A DNA stretch of 64,000 bases, from positions 30,762-94,761 of the forward strand of contig JAIQFG010000007.1 in NCBI GenBank assembly GCA_020073375.1, written 5' to 3'. Shown here piece after piece: positions 27,303 through 35,645 of the stretch. Numbering within the stretch: position 1 is the first letter of the stretch; every line of letters starts with the position of its first letter. Position numbers and translations under genes: made by a program. The notes beneath the pieces are model-generated. The model saw only the letters and a program-made list of their open reading frames with translations. It was not told where the DNA came from and did not search any database. This DNA is from Terriglobia bacterium. Its GTDB lineage: Bacteria > Acidobacteriota > Terriglobia > Acidiferrales > UBA7541.

Positions 27303-28751
27303 TCATTCCCGTGCCCCGCACAACATCCGTAAAAAAGGAAGCTTCGCGTTGACGCAAGTATTGCAGCACGCGTGCGCGTATGCACTCAGGCCCTCGTTGT
27401 TTTTTCCAGCGGCGCTCGATTCTCGCGGTAGCGGCACAATCCCCATCCAGAACAAATTGCGGTGACCCACGTTAAGGTCATACTTGCGTGCGAAATCGAG
27501 TTTCCCGTCGCTTCGCACGCGGAATACGGCCAAGCTGGCCGGAAGGGTGCTCACCCCTTCCTTGTCGTGCACGGAGAGCTGGATCATGTTGCCCGCTACG
27601 AGAATTCTGCCGCTCGGGTCGAGGGCGAAGGTGCGCGGGTGAATTCCGTGCGTATCAATATTCTGGATTAGCGTTGGTTCGCCGGTCTCCTGGTTGATCG
27701 CGAAAACGGCGATACTGTTCTCTCCGCCAGCGAAAACGGGCTTCCCCTCGAAATCCACGGTGCCGCTGGCCCGGTTAGCCAAGTACACGAATCTGCCGTT
27801 AGGATGCATGTGGATTGTGCCCAATTCCTGCCCCAGCCGCATGTTGCCGGGATCAACCAAGGTGTCCTTGGCAAACAAAGGATTCCTGCTCAGTGTCCCA
27901 TCCTTCAGTTTCTCGTAAACCTCGAGTTTGTTTTGGCGCTCCAGCGAAACAAATACCCACCGTCGGGACGGGTGAAAATCCAGATGCCGAACTTGAAAAT
28001 TGAAGCCCCCTGCTGGAGCGATCGAAAGGCGATTCGTCAGCGCGCCGTCTTTGTAATCGAATAGTTTTAGCGCGCCCGGGTCTTCCGGCTTGGTGGGAGT
28101 TGGCCCATTACCCCGGGTCACGAGAATCACCATTTCGTTGGAAGGATCTACACGGACCTGATGCCCGTAAATTCCCACGTCCAGCGGTTGCCGTTGTTTT
28201 ACTTGCGAACCAACGGTCCCATCCGGTTCGATTCGATGAACCGTTACGCCGCTAGGATCGTTATATGCGGTGAGCACATGCGTGCCAGGAATGTCAGTGG
28301 TCACATGAATCGGGCGTGATGGCAGCGATGCGGGCTGACCGTGGGGAACCAAGGCCCCAGAGGCCGGATCGATCCGGAACGCGGTCAGACCATGTTGGTT
28401 GCCGCTCGGCGCGGCGCTGCCTGGAGGGAGATTGCTAGGGCCACCATTGCTCCATGCTACATAAAGGTACCGCTTGGTGGGATGAAGCGATGCTTCCTGA
28501 ACATTTGCCGGAAGAATGACGGAACCTCGCTTAACCAGGGCCGCACCATCCAGGTCCATGTCATATTGCGTGAGTTCGGTTCCTACAGCTGCGTACAGCA
28601 CCACTTTACCCGATCCCACTGTTTTGCCAGCTGACTTGCTATCAAAACTAGTTTGACTTTGACCAATCGCTGCCACAAGCGAACTGAAAGCTGCGATCTT
28701 GAGGAGGGATAGCCTCCAGCCCCGGCGCGTAGATGGGATGTTCATCATCAA
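27303..28751 (-). CDS. Secreted lactonase-type 7-bladed beta-propeller protein
   Basis: Signal peptide MMMNIPSTRRGWRLSLLKIAAFSSLVAAIG. Repeated beta-strand blades with motifs such as HPNGRFVYLANR and DPSGRILVAGN, as in 6-phosphogluconolactonase-like (lactonase) propellers. The last ~40 aa look like a non-conserved read-through tail. Confidence 0.7.
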   Translation of the reverse strand: MMMNIPSTRRGWRLSLLKIAAFSSLVAAIGQSQTSFDSKSAGKTVGSGKVVLYAAVGTELTQYDMDLDGAALVKRGSVILPANVQEASLHPTKRYLYVAWSNGGPSNLPPGSAAPSGNQHGLTAFRIDPASGALVPHGQPASLPSRPIHVTTDIPGTHVLTAYNDPSGVTVHRIEPDGTVGSQVKQRQPLDVGIYGHQVRVDPSNEMVILVTRGNGPTPTKPEDPGALKLFDYKDGALTNRLSIAPAGGFNFQVRHLDFHPSRRWVFVSLERQNKLEVYEKLKDGTLSRNPLFAKDTLVDPGNMRLGQELGTIHMHPNGRFVYLANRASGTVDFEGKPVFAGGENSIAVFAINQETGEPTLIQNIDTHGIHPRTFALDPSGRILVAGNMIQLSVHDKEGVSTLPASLAVFRVRSDGKLDFARKYDLNVGHRNLFWMGIVPLPRESSAAGKNNEGLSAYAHACCNTCVNAKLPFLRMLCGARE

Positions 28752-28782
28752 TCCTCCCGTAATTCTGAAGGCTCTCGCATTG

Positions 28783-28899
28783 TTAGATCACAGCGAAATG
28801 CTGATGCAGCTTGAGGTCTTCGGCTTCCTACACTACACCCATCCCGCCGCCACCAAGCTGAGAGAGAATACGATATTGCGAAATGGTTTTGCCGATCAT
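28783..28899 (-). pseudogene. Remnant of a Ser/Thr protein kinase 5' end with an in-frame stop
   Basis: The minus strand from ATG 28899 reads MIGKTISQYRILSQLGGGGMGVV*EAEDLKLHQHFAVI*. This is the glycine loop and start of subdomain II of a Hanks kinase. TAG at 28828-28830 replaces the expected Tyr codon. Only 39 codons remain before the lactonase gene start. Confidence 0.6.
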
Positions 28900-29010
28900 A
28901 GCGAGATCATTTTATCCATTGCAGGCGTGCCCTTTGATGCCTCACTTGAGTAAGAGCGTGCCCTGGCGCCCAGCAGAAATACCCGGTGGGCAATGAATGA
29001 TCTCCACCGC

Positions 29011-29499
29011 TTATTCCACCCGCGCGAAGGAGTTGATATTTACATCTGGCGTAGTGGTGTGGACAATGAGCTCCAGCCTGTCACCATCGAGTATCAAATC
29101 CCTGACTATGTCCTTGCCCACGCTTTCCGGATTCAAACTGCCTTCAAGGTGATGCGTCACCGTGGGGGGTACGCTTTTTTCGTTGACCGAATACGTCCCG
29201 AAGTAGGCATCGTAAGCCAGCGAAGAGTGGCTATTAGGGCGATGAAGCCCCATGAATTGAACCGCCATGTGCCCCGTTCGATCGTACATGATATAGCCGA
29301 CGGGATATTCTGGTCCGTATGCGGGGTCGGGGTTCGAAGTTCCGTCCGCGTGCTTGACGACTCGTGAAACGAGTCTCCACGTGCCAACGAGTTGATCTTT
29401 GGCGGATGGCGCGGGGGCGGCGACCGTTGTTGCGCCCACGAAGCCCCACAAGGTTGACCCGACCAACACTACTATAAGAATTGCAGAGGGAATTTTCAT
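29011..29499 (-). CDS. Secreted lipocalin-like domain protein
   Basis: Signal peptide MKIPSAILIVVLVGSTLWG. LVGTWRLVS...YIMYDRTGHMAVQ...YFGTYSV fits the lipocalin-like beta-barrel family pattern. Confidence 0.6.
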   Translation of the reverse strand: MKIPSAILIVVLVGSTLWGFVGATTVAAPAPSAKDQLVGTWRLVSRVVKHADGTSNPDPAYGPEYPVGYIMYDRTGHMAVQFMGLHRPNSHSSLAYDAYFGTYSVNEKSVPPTVTHHLEGSLNPESVGKDIVRDLILDGDRLELIVHTTTPDVNINSFARVE

Positions 29500-29710
29500 C
29501 TTTCACTCCCGATCATTGCTTGTCCACAGCGTCTCACCACCTGCGGAATGGTACGACGACTCCTCCCGACCGAGCGAGGGATTTCTGATTCCAGGGATCG
29601 GGTGGCAGCTATTCCAATCTCTTCAATGGCAGCGAGAAAGTGCTGAGCTGGGACAATATTCTTTGGTTTGACCCCTCCGTTCTTCCGCCGTAGAAAATAC
29701 ACTCATTTGC

Positions 29711-29899
29711 GGAAAGGGGCTCGTTGATTCCTTGTTCCTGATATCGGGAATTCTTGATGTCAAACTGGGTTGGCAGCGGTTGCGCTTTGCGCTTTCTTCG
29801 CCGACCCTCAAGTTGATTCAGTGCTCGGTCAAGACCTCACGCCCGGCCGGTGAGGTTTCGGCTGCGATATGCAGAACCGTCCGTGTGATGCCTTCCTTG
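29711..29899. repeat. ~185-nt repeat, copy 1 (abuts the IS630 end)
   Basis: Aligns in the same orientation with 32913-33099 at roughly three-quarters identity with small indels. No reading frame is conserved. Confidence 0.6.
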
Positions 29900-29921
29900 C
29901 TGATTCCCGCATAATATAGGG

Positions 29922-30464
29922 TCATTCTGACCACAAGGAAGCCTGTTTCCAGAAGGCGGTAATGAGGGTGGGGCGGCGGCGCATGTTGCGAAGTGCGCGG
30001 CGGGCTCCGTGTTTCAACTCGGCGAAGTCCTTGGGGCAGGCGTTGGGAAGTTTGTGGTGCTTGGCGTGGCCCCAGATGTATTCGGTGGGATTCAGTTCCG
30101 GAGCGTAGGCGGGCAGGTACTGGATGCGGATGCGGACGTTCTGCGAGGCCACGAACTCCTGTACCAGCCTGCTGCGATGCGCGGGCAGCCGGTCCCACAC
30201 CAACAGCAGCTTCCCGGGAATGTGCCGCAGCAGGTGTTTGAGAAATGCCACCACTTGCGGCGCGCGGATCGCTCCGGGATACAACCGGAAGTAGAAATTC
30301 CGCAGCGTGATGCCCGCGATGACCGAAAGCGTCTTCCAGTTAAAGTGATATTGCAGCACCGGCGTGTGGCCTCGTCGCGACCAGGTGCGGCAGCGGTGCG
30401 GTCGCTGGCTCAGTCCACTCTCGTCGAGAAAGACGACCGTTCGCCGCTCTTTTTGGGCTTTTTT
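29922..30464 (-). CDS. IS630 transposase OrfB (DDE domain), reached by -1 frameshift on an A8 run
   Basis: A -1 slip on AAAAAAAA (T-run 30459-30466 on +) joins ...WPDIKKK to AQKERRTVVFLDESGLSQRPHRCRTWSRRGHTPVLQYHFNWK... All three catalytic motifs are present: VVFLDESG, LLLVWDRLPAHRS and YAPELNPTEYIW. Confidence 0.8.
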   Translation of the reverse strand, partial: KKAQKERRTVVFLDESGLSQRPHRCRTWSRRGHTPVLQYHFNWKTLSVIAGITLRNFYFRLYPGAIRAPQVVAFLKHLLRHIPGKLLLVWDRLPAHRSRLVQEFVASQNVRIRIQYLPAYAPELNPTEYIWGHAKHHKLPNACPKDFAELKHGARRALRNMRRRPTLITAFWKQASLWSE

Positions 30465-30937
30465 TTAATGTCCGGCCAAGCGACCTTCTTCCAATGGCGG
30501 ATGGCTCGCTCGTTGCGTTCCAGCGCCCGGCCCACGGGCCGCTGGCAGCTCCAGCCCAGCGATACCAGCAGCTTCCACACGTGGCCCGGATGATAGCGCA
30601 CGCCAAATTCCCGTTCGATCAGATGCGCCACGCGCTCCGAACTCCACAAGCTGGTGTCGTAGCCCAGCCGCTCGGGGCCAGCCAGCAGCCGTTGTTCGAG
30701 CGCGGTCTTCTGCCGCTCGGTTAAGCGCGGCTTGCGTCCGGCGCGACCGGCCTGGCGCAAAGCGCGCTCGCCGCTGTGGCGATCCAGGGCCGCCCAGCGC
30801 GCCACGCTTTGGCGCACGACGCGCAGCCGCCGCGCCACTTCGGATTGGTTCAGCCCTTGCCGCAACAGCCGCAAGGCCTGGAACCTTCGCCGTTCCAGAG
30901 CATCGAAATCGCGTTTCACTCCAGCAGGGTTTCCCAT
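30410..30937 (-). CDS. IS630 transposase OrfA (HTH DNA-binding part)
   Basis: MGNPAGVKRDFDALERRRFQALRLLRQGLNQSEVARRLRVVRQSVARW...LWSSERVAHLIEREFGVRYHPGHVWKLL. These are helix-turn-helix and winged-helix motifs of IS630/Tc1-type transposases. Confidence 0.85.
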   Translation of the reverse strand: MGNPAGVKRDFDALERRRFQALRLLRQGLNQSEVARRLRVVRQSVARWAALDRHSGERALRQAGRAGRKPRLTERQKTALEQRLLAGPERLGYDTSLWSSERVAHLIEREFGVRYHPGHVWKLLVSLGWSCQRPVGRALERNERAIRHWKKVAWPDIKKKPKKSGERSSFSTRVD

Positions 30938-31083
30938 ACCAGGTTAGATGCACGATACCCTGAGAAGTGTCGCTCTATTATGCTATATTCAATAGGATAG
31001 TGGTTACCCCGGGAAAGACTCGCGACAATTGAAATGACTCTTCAAGCTATACTGAGCGGATTGAGCAGACCCTAAAGGAAAAT

Positions 31084-31269
31084 CTATCTTGTCGGTAGCA
31101 TTGGTCCCCTATGAGTCACAGGGCGGACATGGGTGTGCTCTTGCTGGATCATTAGAAGGGCACCACGCGAGATCCTATCTACCGCATCCGACCCGCAGGT
31201 GCTACACCGACCGTGGATGTCTAACTCAATTTGCATCAGGCAGCTGACACATAACCACTGTTTGTTCAT
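31084..31269 (-). CDS. Small zinc-ribbon protein (61 aa), hypothetical
   Basis: GGGGGA SD 4 nt upstream of the ATG. Two CxxC pairs (CVSC...CSTCG). Confidence 0.5.
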   Translation of the reverse strand: MNKQWLCVSCLMQIELDIHGRCSTCGSDAVDRISRGALLMIQQEHTHVRPVTHRGPMLPTR

Positions 31270-31411
31270 AGGTTCCCCCGATCTTCCAGCTAGGAACAGT
31301 GCACACAGCGGGCCCGATCAAGCTTCTAAATATTTAACACAACGCTCTGCTGCTTCTTATTCCGACAACAAGACCTCACAGCACTTGACTGCGGCTTTGG
31401 AGATCATAAAT

Positions 31412-31879
31412 CTAGTTTTCTGGCTTCCCTTGGCGGCCCGACAAACGATGTCGTAGCCTCCCAAGACTCCGGTTCAAGAAATGTCCGCGCTCAAGAAACG
31501 GCAGGAGTAGCGGGCATCGCCTTCCTAGATTGGCACGCGCTCGTCTGATTCGAGGGTCCAATCTGAAGTAAATCAACCCTCTATCAAGAACCGCAATTGC
31601 GTCGTCACGCCGTCCTGCAGATACGTAGACCTCCGCCAAGTTCAAAAAGAGCTGCGCTTCACTGCGTCTCAAAGCAACGGCCTTCTCACACAGTTCCACG
31701 GCAGCGGCCCACTTCCGTTGGGCGCGGGCAACAGACACCCCAAGAAAGGAAAGATAATAAGGATTTTGTTGTTCCAACTCGGCAGCGTGCCGCAGGTATT
31801 CAAGGGCCTTGGCTGAATGCCCGTTTCGCAAGAGGGTAATTCCATGTTTGAACTCGGCAAGAGCAGAATCTTCCGCCAT
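31412..31879 (-). CDS. TPR-repeat protein (155 aa)
   Basis: GGAAGGGA SD upstream of the ATG. TPR-like helices (GHSAKALEYLRHAAELEQQNPYYLSFLGVSVA..., EAQLFLNLAEVYVSAGRRDDAIAVLDRGL). Confidence 0.65.
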   Translation of the reverse strand: MAEDSALAEFKHGITLLRNGHSAKALEYLRHAAELEQQNPYYLSFLGVSVARAQRKWAAAVELCEKAVALRRSEAQLFLNLAEVYVSAGRRDDAIAVLDRGLIYFRLDPRIRRARANLGRRCPLLLPFLERGHFLNRSLGRLRHRLSGRQGKPEN

Positions 31880-32038
31880 TGTCCCTTCCTGTCCTTCTAC
31901 CGGTCAGTTTCAAGATAATGACGACCAATGAGCCTTAGAATTAGGTTCAATTTACGCAACCTTATTATGGTAATTCTACTGGTCTAGAGGACAGGGTTGT
32001 TGGGTTTGATTCAAAGGGGAATGATCTTGAAAGAGGAA

Positions 32039-32075
32039 GGTCCCGGGTTCGTCAGGGGGATGCAAACCCGGGACC
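32039..32075 (-). terminator. Hairpin terminator candidate downstream of the 69-aa gene
   Basis: Perfect 11-bp arms GGTCCCGGGTT / AACCCGGGACC with a 15-nt loop. On the minus strand it is followed by TTCCTCTTTC. Confidence 0.5.
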
Positions 32076-32335
32076 GGGGGTGAGATAGAAGAAGGTTCGA
32101 AGTAAATTCGCTTTTTCTTGGAACTAAACTACTGACCGGGCTACTCAGCCGCAAAACCGGCTCAATTTGTGGCATGAAAACAATCTCTGCTCAAGACAAT
32201 CTTCCGGTGTTCCATGTTCGAGGCTGGCCTGTTCGCACAGCAGTCTCATTTGCTCGCGGGTTAAACCGAGCAGAACTTTGGCGCGATCTCCGCCAATTTG
32301 TTTTCGATCCGGCCCGTTGGTCGTAGAAGCTCTGC

Positions 32336-32545
32336 CTAATTCACCAGAACATCAGCCCAGTTGTCCAGCTCAATGGCGAGAACCATGTGCTTGTAGATGT
32401 CTATGTCCCAGCCCTCTCCAACTCGAAGGCGCACCATGCAATCCGATTCCCCAACAATCACACCACGCAGCGGCACGCGCAATTCCTCAGCCGCCACCTC
32501 CAGAGTCACCGATTGCCCTATCCACAAAGCATAAGCTCCTTGCAT
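32336..32545 (-). CDS. Hypothetical 69-aa protein
   Basis: GGGGGAGA SD 5 nt upstream of the ATG. No motif recognised (MQGAYALWIGQSVTLEVAAEELRVPLRGVIVGESDCMVRLRV...). Confidence 0.5.
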   Translation of the reverse strand: MQGAYALWIGQSVTLEVAAEELRVPLRGVIVGESDCMVRLRVGEGWDIDIYKHMVLAIELDNWADVLVN

Positions 32546-32912
32546 GGTGTCTCCCCCTCACGTCTCTCACTGACACGTGCACATCGATGACCAGTCTTGG
32601 CAACGGTAGGTTGATTTTCGATCAGAACTGCACGTCACTGTAGATAGGGGAATTAGCACGCACATTAAAGCCCGGTGCTTGTTTTAACGGGTCGATTTGT
32701 GTGCTCGATGGAAGATGATGGCCAAAGAATGTCACAAATGCATGTCGCAAATTGTCAGAACAGCAGTTCTGCTGCCTGGATTTTGAAAACGAGTGAAACT
32801 CTGACTGATTTCATGCACCAATACAAATTCTCGGTGCTTCCCGGGGTTAGAACTAAACGTACATTGGATTTTCATCCTGAACCCCTTCATACGGTCCATG
32901 AAATTACCCCAC

Positions 32913-33099
32913 GGAAGCGGAATCGTTAATTCCTTGCCCCGAGATCGGGAAATCTTGACGTCCAACTGGGGCGGCGGCGGGTGCCCTTTGCGTGTTCTCC
33001 AACCGCCATCGAGTTGAGTCAGCGCCCGGTCAAGAGCTCACCCCCGCCAGTTCGGTTTCGGCTGCGATATGCAAAACCGTCCAAATAATGTCTTCCTTG
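32913..33099. repeat. ~185-nt repeat, copy 2
   Basis: Shares these blocks with copy 1: ATCGGGAA.TCTTGA.GTC.AACTGG, CGGTCAAGA.CTCAC, GGTTTCGGCTGCGATATGCA.AACCGTCC and CTTCCTTG. Confidence 0.6.
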
Positions 33100-33517
33100 T
33101 AGACCTCAACAACAGCATGTGAGCATTTCCCTATAGGGATAACTTGCAGATTGCACGCGGTTTGTCTGAGTTCGTTTTGCAAAATTGTGTGGTGAACCTA
33201 TTGGCGCGGTGGTCTGTGTGCGTGGACAAAAGTCCGTCTCTCCGAATGGCCCGACGGCTGGGGCGCGCTGAAATCAGAGCGGCACCCAACATTCGCAGTT
33301 TCTCGCCGTCTTGAGGTTGGTGGCGACAGCCAGAAGAACGCAACGCAATAAAATAACTGGAATTCCGACAAAGAAAGGCTTCTCAGCGCGCAGGCGGAAT
33401 AGCCCGCCAAAGTTGTACCCGGGCCATGTCTTCTTTTCTACTTGGCCGGAATTAATCAAATATAAATTTAATATTCTCAACAAATCTCAGGGCGTGCATT
33501 CTAGAGCGCTTCAAGCG

Positions 33518-34654
33518 TCAATTGTTTTGCCCGGGTCTTGCTCTGTAAGTCTTGGTGAAACCGTTTCTGGCGTTTGTGACCGTAAAGGAGCCATCCATTT
33601 GCGCCGAGACCTTAACCCAATATGCCGTTCCGTTGTGCGCTGGAGGTGGCGGCACGCCGGGCCCCGGTTGCGGAGCGGGCATGGGAGCCACGGGCATGGT
33701 GTCCTGCTGGTCGTCAATAGTGTTGGCGATGAACATTCCGGGCGCAGTGTACTCCTGGCCGCTGAGTAAGGAGAAGTGAAGCTGCCATAGATCCTCAAGA
33801 CCCGGAGCGGAATAAATAATCTTCATCGCGCTAGGTTGCCCACCCTTGCGAGTGCCGTTATTTAGGATGGCCACGCGAGGTTGGATTGCATGCACAAGCA
33901 CATCCGAATTCGACATGGGCTGCCCATGATGTGAGACGACCCAAAGATCAAAGGTCCCAATGCGATTGACCGGGCACATCATGTTGAATTCTTTATTCCA
34001 GGTCAGGTCACCCAAATGTGCAACCCGAAACTTCCCAAAGGTGACGACGCTTCCGACAGACATAGTGTTCTCAACGCCGCCATCATCATTCTTATCTTTG
34101 GGCTTGAAGTCCGCGCAGTATGGGTTCGGTTTACCCGCGCCAGGGAGAGACTCGGTGATCACCTCTCCCGCGGAGCTGACCAGACGCCAGTCCAGACCAG
34201 TAACGGGGAGCTTGTCCCCCGGTTTTGCGACCATATGCTTTGCCTTGCCGTAAAGCTCGGGATATGTTGTCTGCAGAAACGCATCGGCAATTGCGTTGGG
34301 CTGAACATTTGGGCCATGGTCGATGAACTTCTGGATTGGAATACGCCCGGCGAATTCTGCCATACCTCCAAAATGGTCGCCATGCCAATGCGTGGTAATC
34401 AGGTTGTCGATCTGCGTGAGGCCGGCATCTTTGACGGCGGCCATAATTCGGCTCGCATCTCTTGCCGCCGCCGGGCCGCCGTTTCCCGTGTCGATAAGAA
34501 CGGATTCGCCCGACGGTGCGACGAATAAAGTGGCGTTGCCACCCTCCACGTCCATCACGTAGATGTCCAATGTCTTGCGTGTTTGCGCTTGTACTGTCGG
34601 AAGGGCCCCGGCGAGACAGAGACTCAATAGAAACGCGATTGATAAGCGCATCAC
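33518..34654 (-). CDS. Secreted metallo-beta-lactamase-fold hydrolase
   Basis: Signal peptide MMRLSIAFLLSLCLAGALPTVQA. LIDTGNGG and the H-x-H-x-D-H motif in ITTHWHGDHFGG. Confidence 0.8.
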   Translation of the reverse strand: MMRLSIAFLLSLCLAGALPTVQAQTRKTLDIYVMDVEGGNATLFVAPSGESVLIDTGNGGPAAARDASRIMAAVKDAGLTQIDNLITTHWHGDHFGGMAEFAGRIPIQKFIDHGPNVQPNAIADAFLQTTYPELYGKAKHMVAKPGDKLPVTGLDWRLVSSAGEVITESLPGAGKPNPYCADFKPKDKNDDGGVENTMSVGSVVTFGKFRVAHLGDLTWNKEFNMMCPVNRIGTFDLWVVSHHGQPMSNSDVLVHAIQPRVAILNNGTRKGGQPSAMKIIYSAPGLEDLWQLHFSLLSGQEYTAPGMFIANTIDDQQDTMPVAPMPAPQPGPGVPPPPAHNGTAYWVKVSAQMDGSFTVTNARNGFTKTYRARPGQNN

Positions 34655-34836
34655 AACTCCTCGGGCCAGGCTACGGCCCCTGTCGAACTATCGGCATCGG
34701 AAGACTCTTACGATTTCCAATAAGTAAAAACATCGAGATCAACGCTTAAACTCGATTCCGCCCCAAGCGTTCTTGACGACATCTCAGAAATGCACCCGCG
34801 CTCCACGTCGCAGGATTCGGTTCGCATTTCTTGCGT

Positions 34837-35352
34837 TTACTTCGGCGCAACGATGGGAACCGCCGCTCCGGCAGCAGGTCTCCACTTCCCGTTCTCCTTC
34901 ACAAACAGCCGGAGGAAGGTGACTTCCGACGTGAAGGTGACCTTGCCATTGGCATCGACGCTCTTGAAACGCGTGTGATCCGTCGCCATTGCGAAGTTTC
35001 CGTAGACTGCCATTAACTTAAAATTGTCCGGATAAGGTCCGACGCCGGGAACGTGTGTAGGTATCCCCGCGGTTTGCGAAGCGACCATCTCTGCTTTGGT
35101 AGAAATCTTTCCAGTCGCACCGACCTCGAAAAACTGGTCGGCCCAATACTTGCTGCGGAATTCCACGCAATCCTTAATGTCCTTATGATAGGGACCGGCG
35201 CCGGAACTGCACAGCCACTGCTGATCGGCGTCCCAGAGTATTTTTTCCAAATCGGCCCACTTTTTGCCGCCTTTCTTCATGGTTTCTTGTCCAAGAGCCA
35301 ATGAGGATGCGGTCATGAGAGACGCCAGAAGTAATACACGAAATGTTGTCAT
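34837..35352 (-). CDS. Secreted NTF2-like (DUF4440-type) protein, family copy 0
   Basis: Signal peptide. WADLEKILWDADQQWLCSSGAGPYHKDIKDCVEFRSKYWADQFFEV...FKLMAVYGNFAMATDHTRFK...LRLFVKENGKWRPA is the same consensus as the six plus-strand paralogs. Confidence 0.8.
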   Translation of the reverse strand: MTTFRVLLLASLMTASSLALGQETMKKGGKKWADLEKILWDADQQWLCSSGAGPYHKDIKDCVEFRSKYWADQFFEVGATGKISTKAEMVASQTAGIPTHVPGVGPYPDNFKLMAVYGNFAMATDHTRFKSVDANGKVTFTSEVTFLRLFVKENGKWRPAAGAAVPIVAPK

Positions 35353-35645
35353 TGAACCCTCCGCGTGCAGTTGCCTGCTTTTTACTACGTCTTGCGCGCA
35401 AGGTCAACACTCGTGCTCCGGGCGGACAAGCTTCTGGCTTTTGAAAACTCGCAACCTCATTCGGCGCGGACAACCATTTCGCTACTTCAATTCGCGGCCT
35501 ATGCTTCGTCCGCAACTCGAAATAGAGCTAAGCCGACGAAAGCTTCCTGAAGCGAATATTCCTAAAGAGCCACCAAGCACGAATGTCACGAGGATTGACT
35601 ACGGCACTTCCGAGTGCTACTTTTCAGGACAATCGGAGAGTCGGA

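Larger units (their letters stand above)
29909..30983 (-). mobile_element. IS630-family insertion sequence (~1.08 kb), apparently intact
   Basis: Two overlapping transposase frames. Imperfect terminal inverted repeats: GCATAATATAGGGTCA at 29909, versus the reverse complement of 30968-30983, GCATAATAGAGCGACA. Boundaries are approximate. A TA target duplication could not be confirmed. Confidence 0.8.

Noticed and set aside
28699-28953. 84-aa plus-strand ORF upstream of the lactonase gene
   Set aside because: It is the antisense of the kinase N-terminal remnant (28783-28899) and shows no independent coding signal.
29818-30198. 126-aa and other alternative-frame ORFs inside IS630
   Set aside because: They are out of frame with the transposase, which has complete HTH and DDE motifs. 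Their composition is Arg/Pro/Gly-rich.
32160-32335. Short minus-strand frame (...GGDRAKVLLGLTREQMRLLCEQASLEHGTPEDCLEQRLF...) downstream of the 69-aa gene
   Set aside because: The only ATG would give a 34-aa peptide without an SD. The upstream part has no start codon. It could be a decayed gene, but this is not supportable.
32167-32643. 158-aa plus-strand ORF in the island
   Set aside because: It is Cys/Ser/Pro-rich with no SD. It overlaps the SD-preceded 69-aa gene and the hairpin on the opposite strand.
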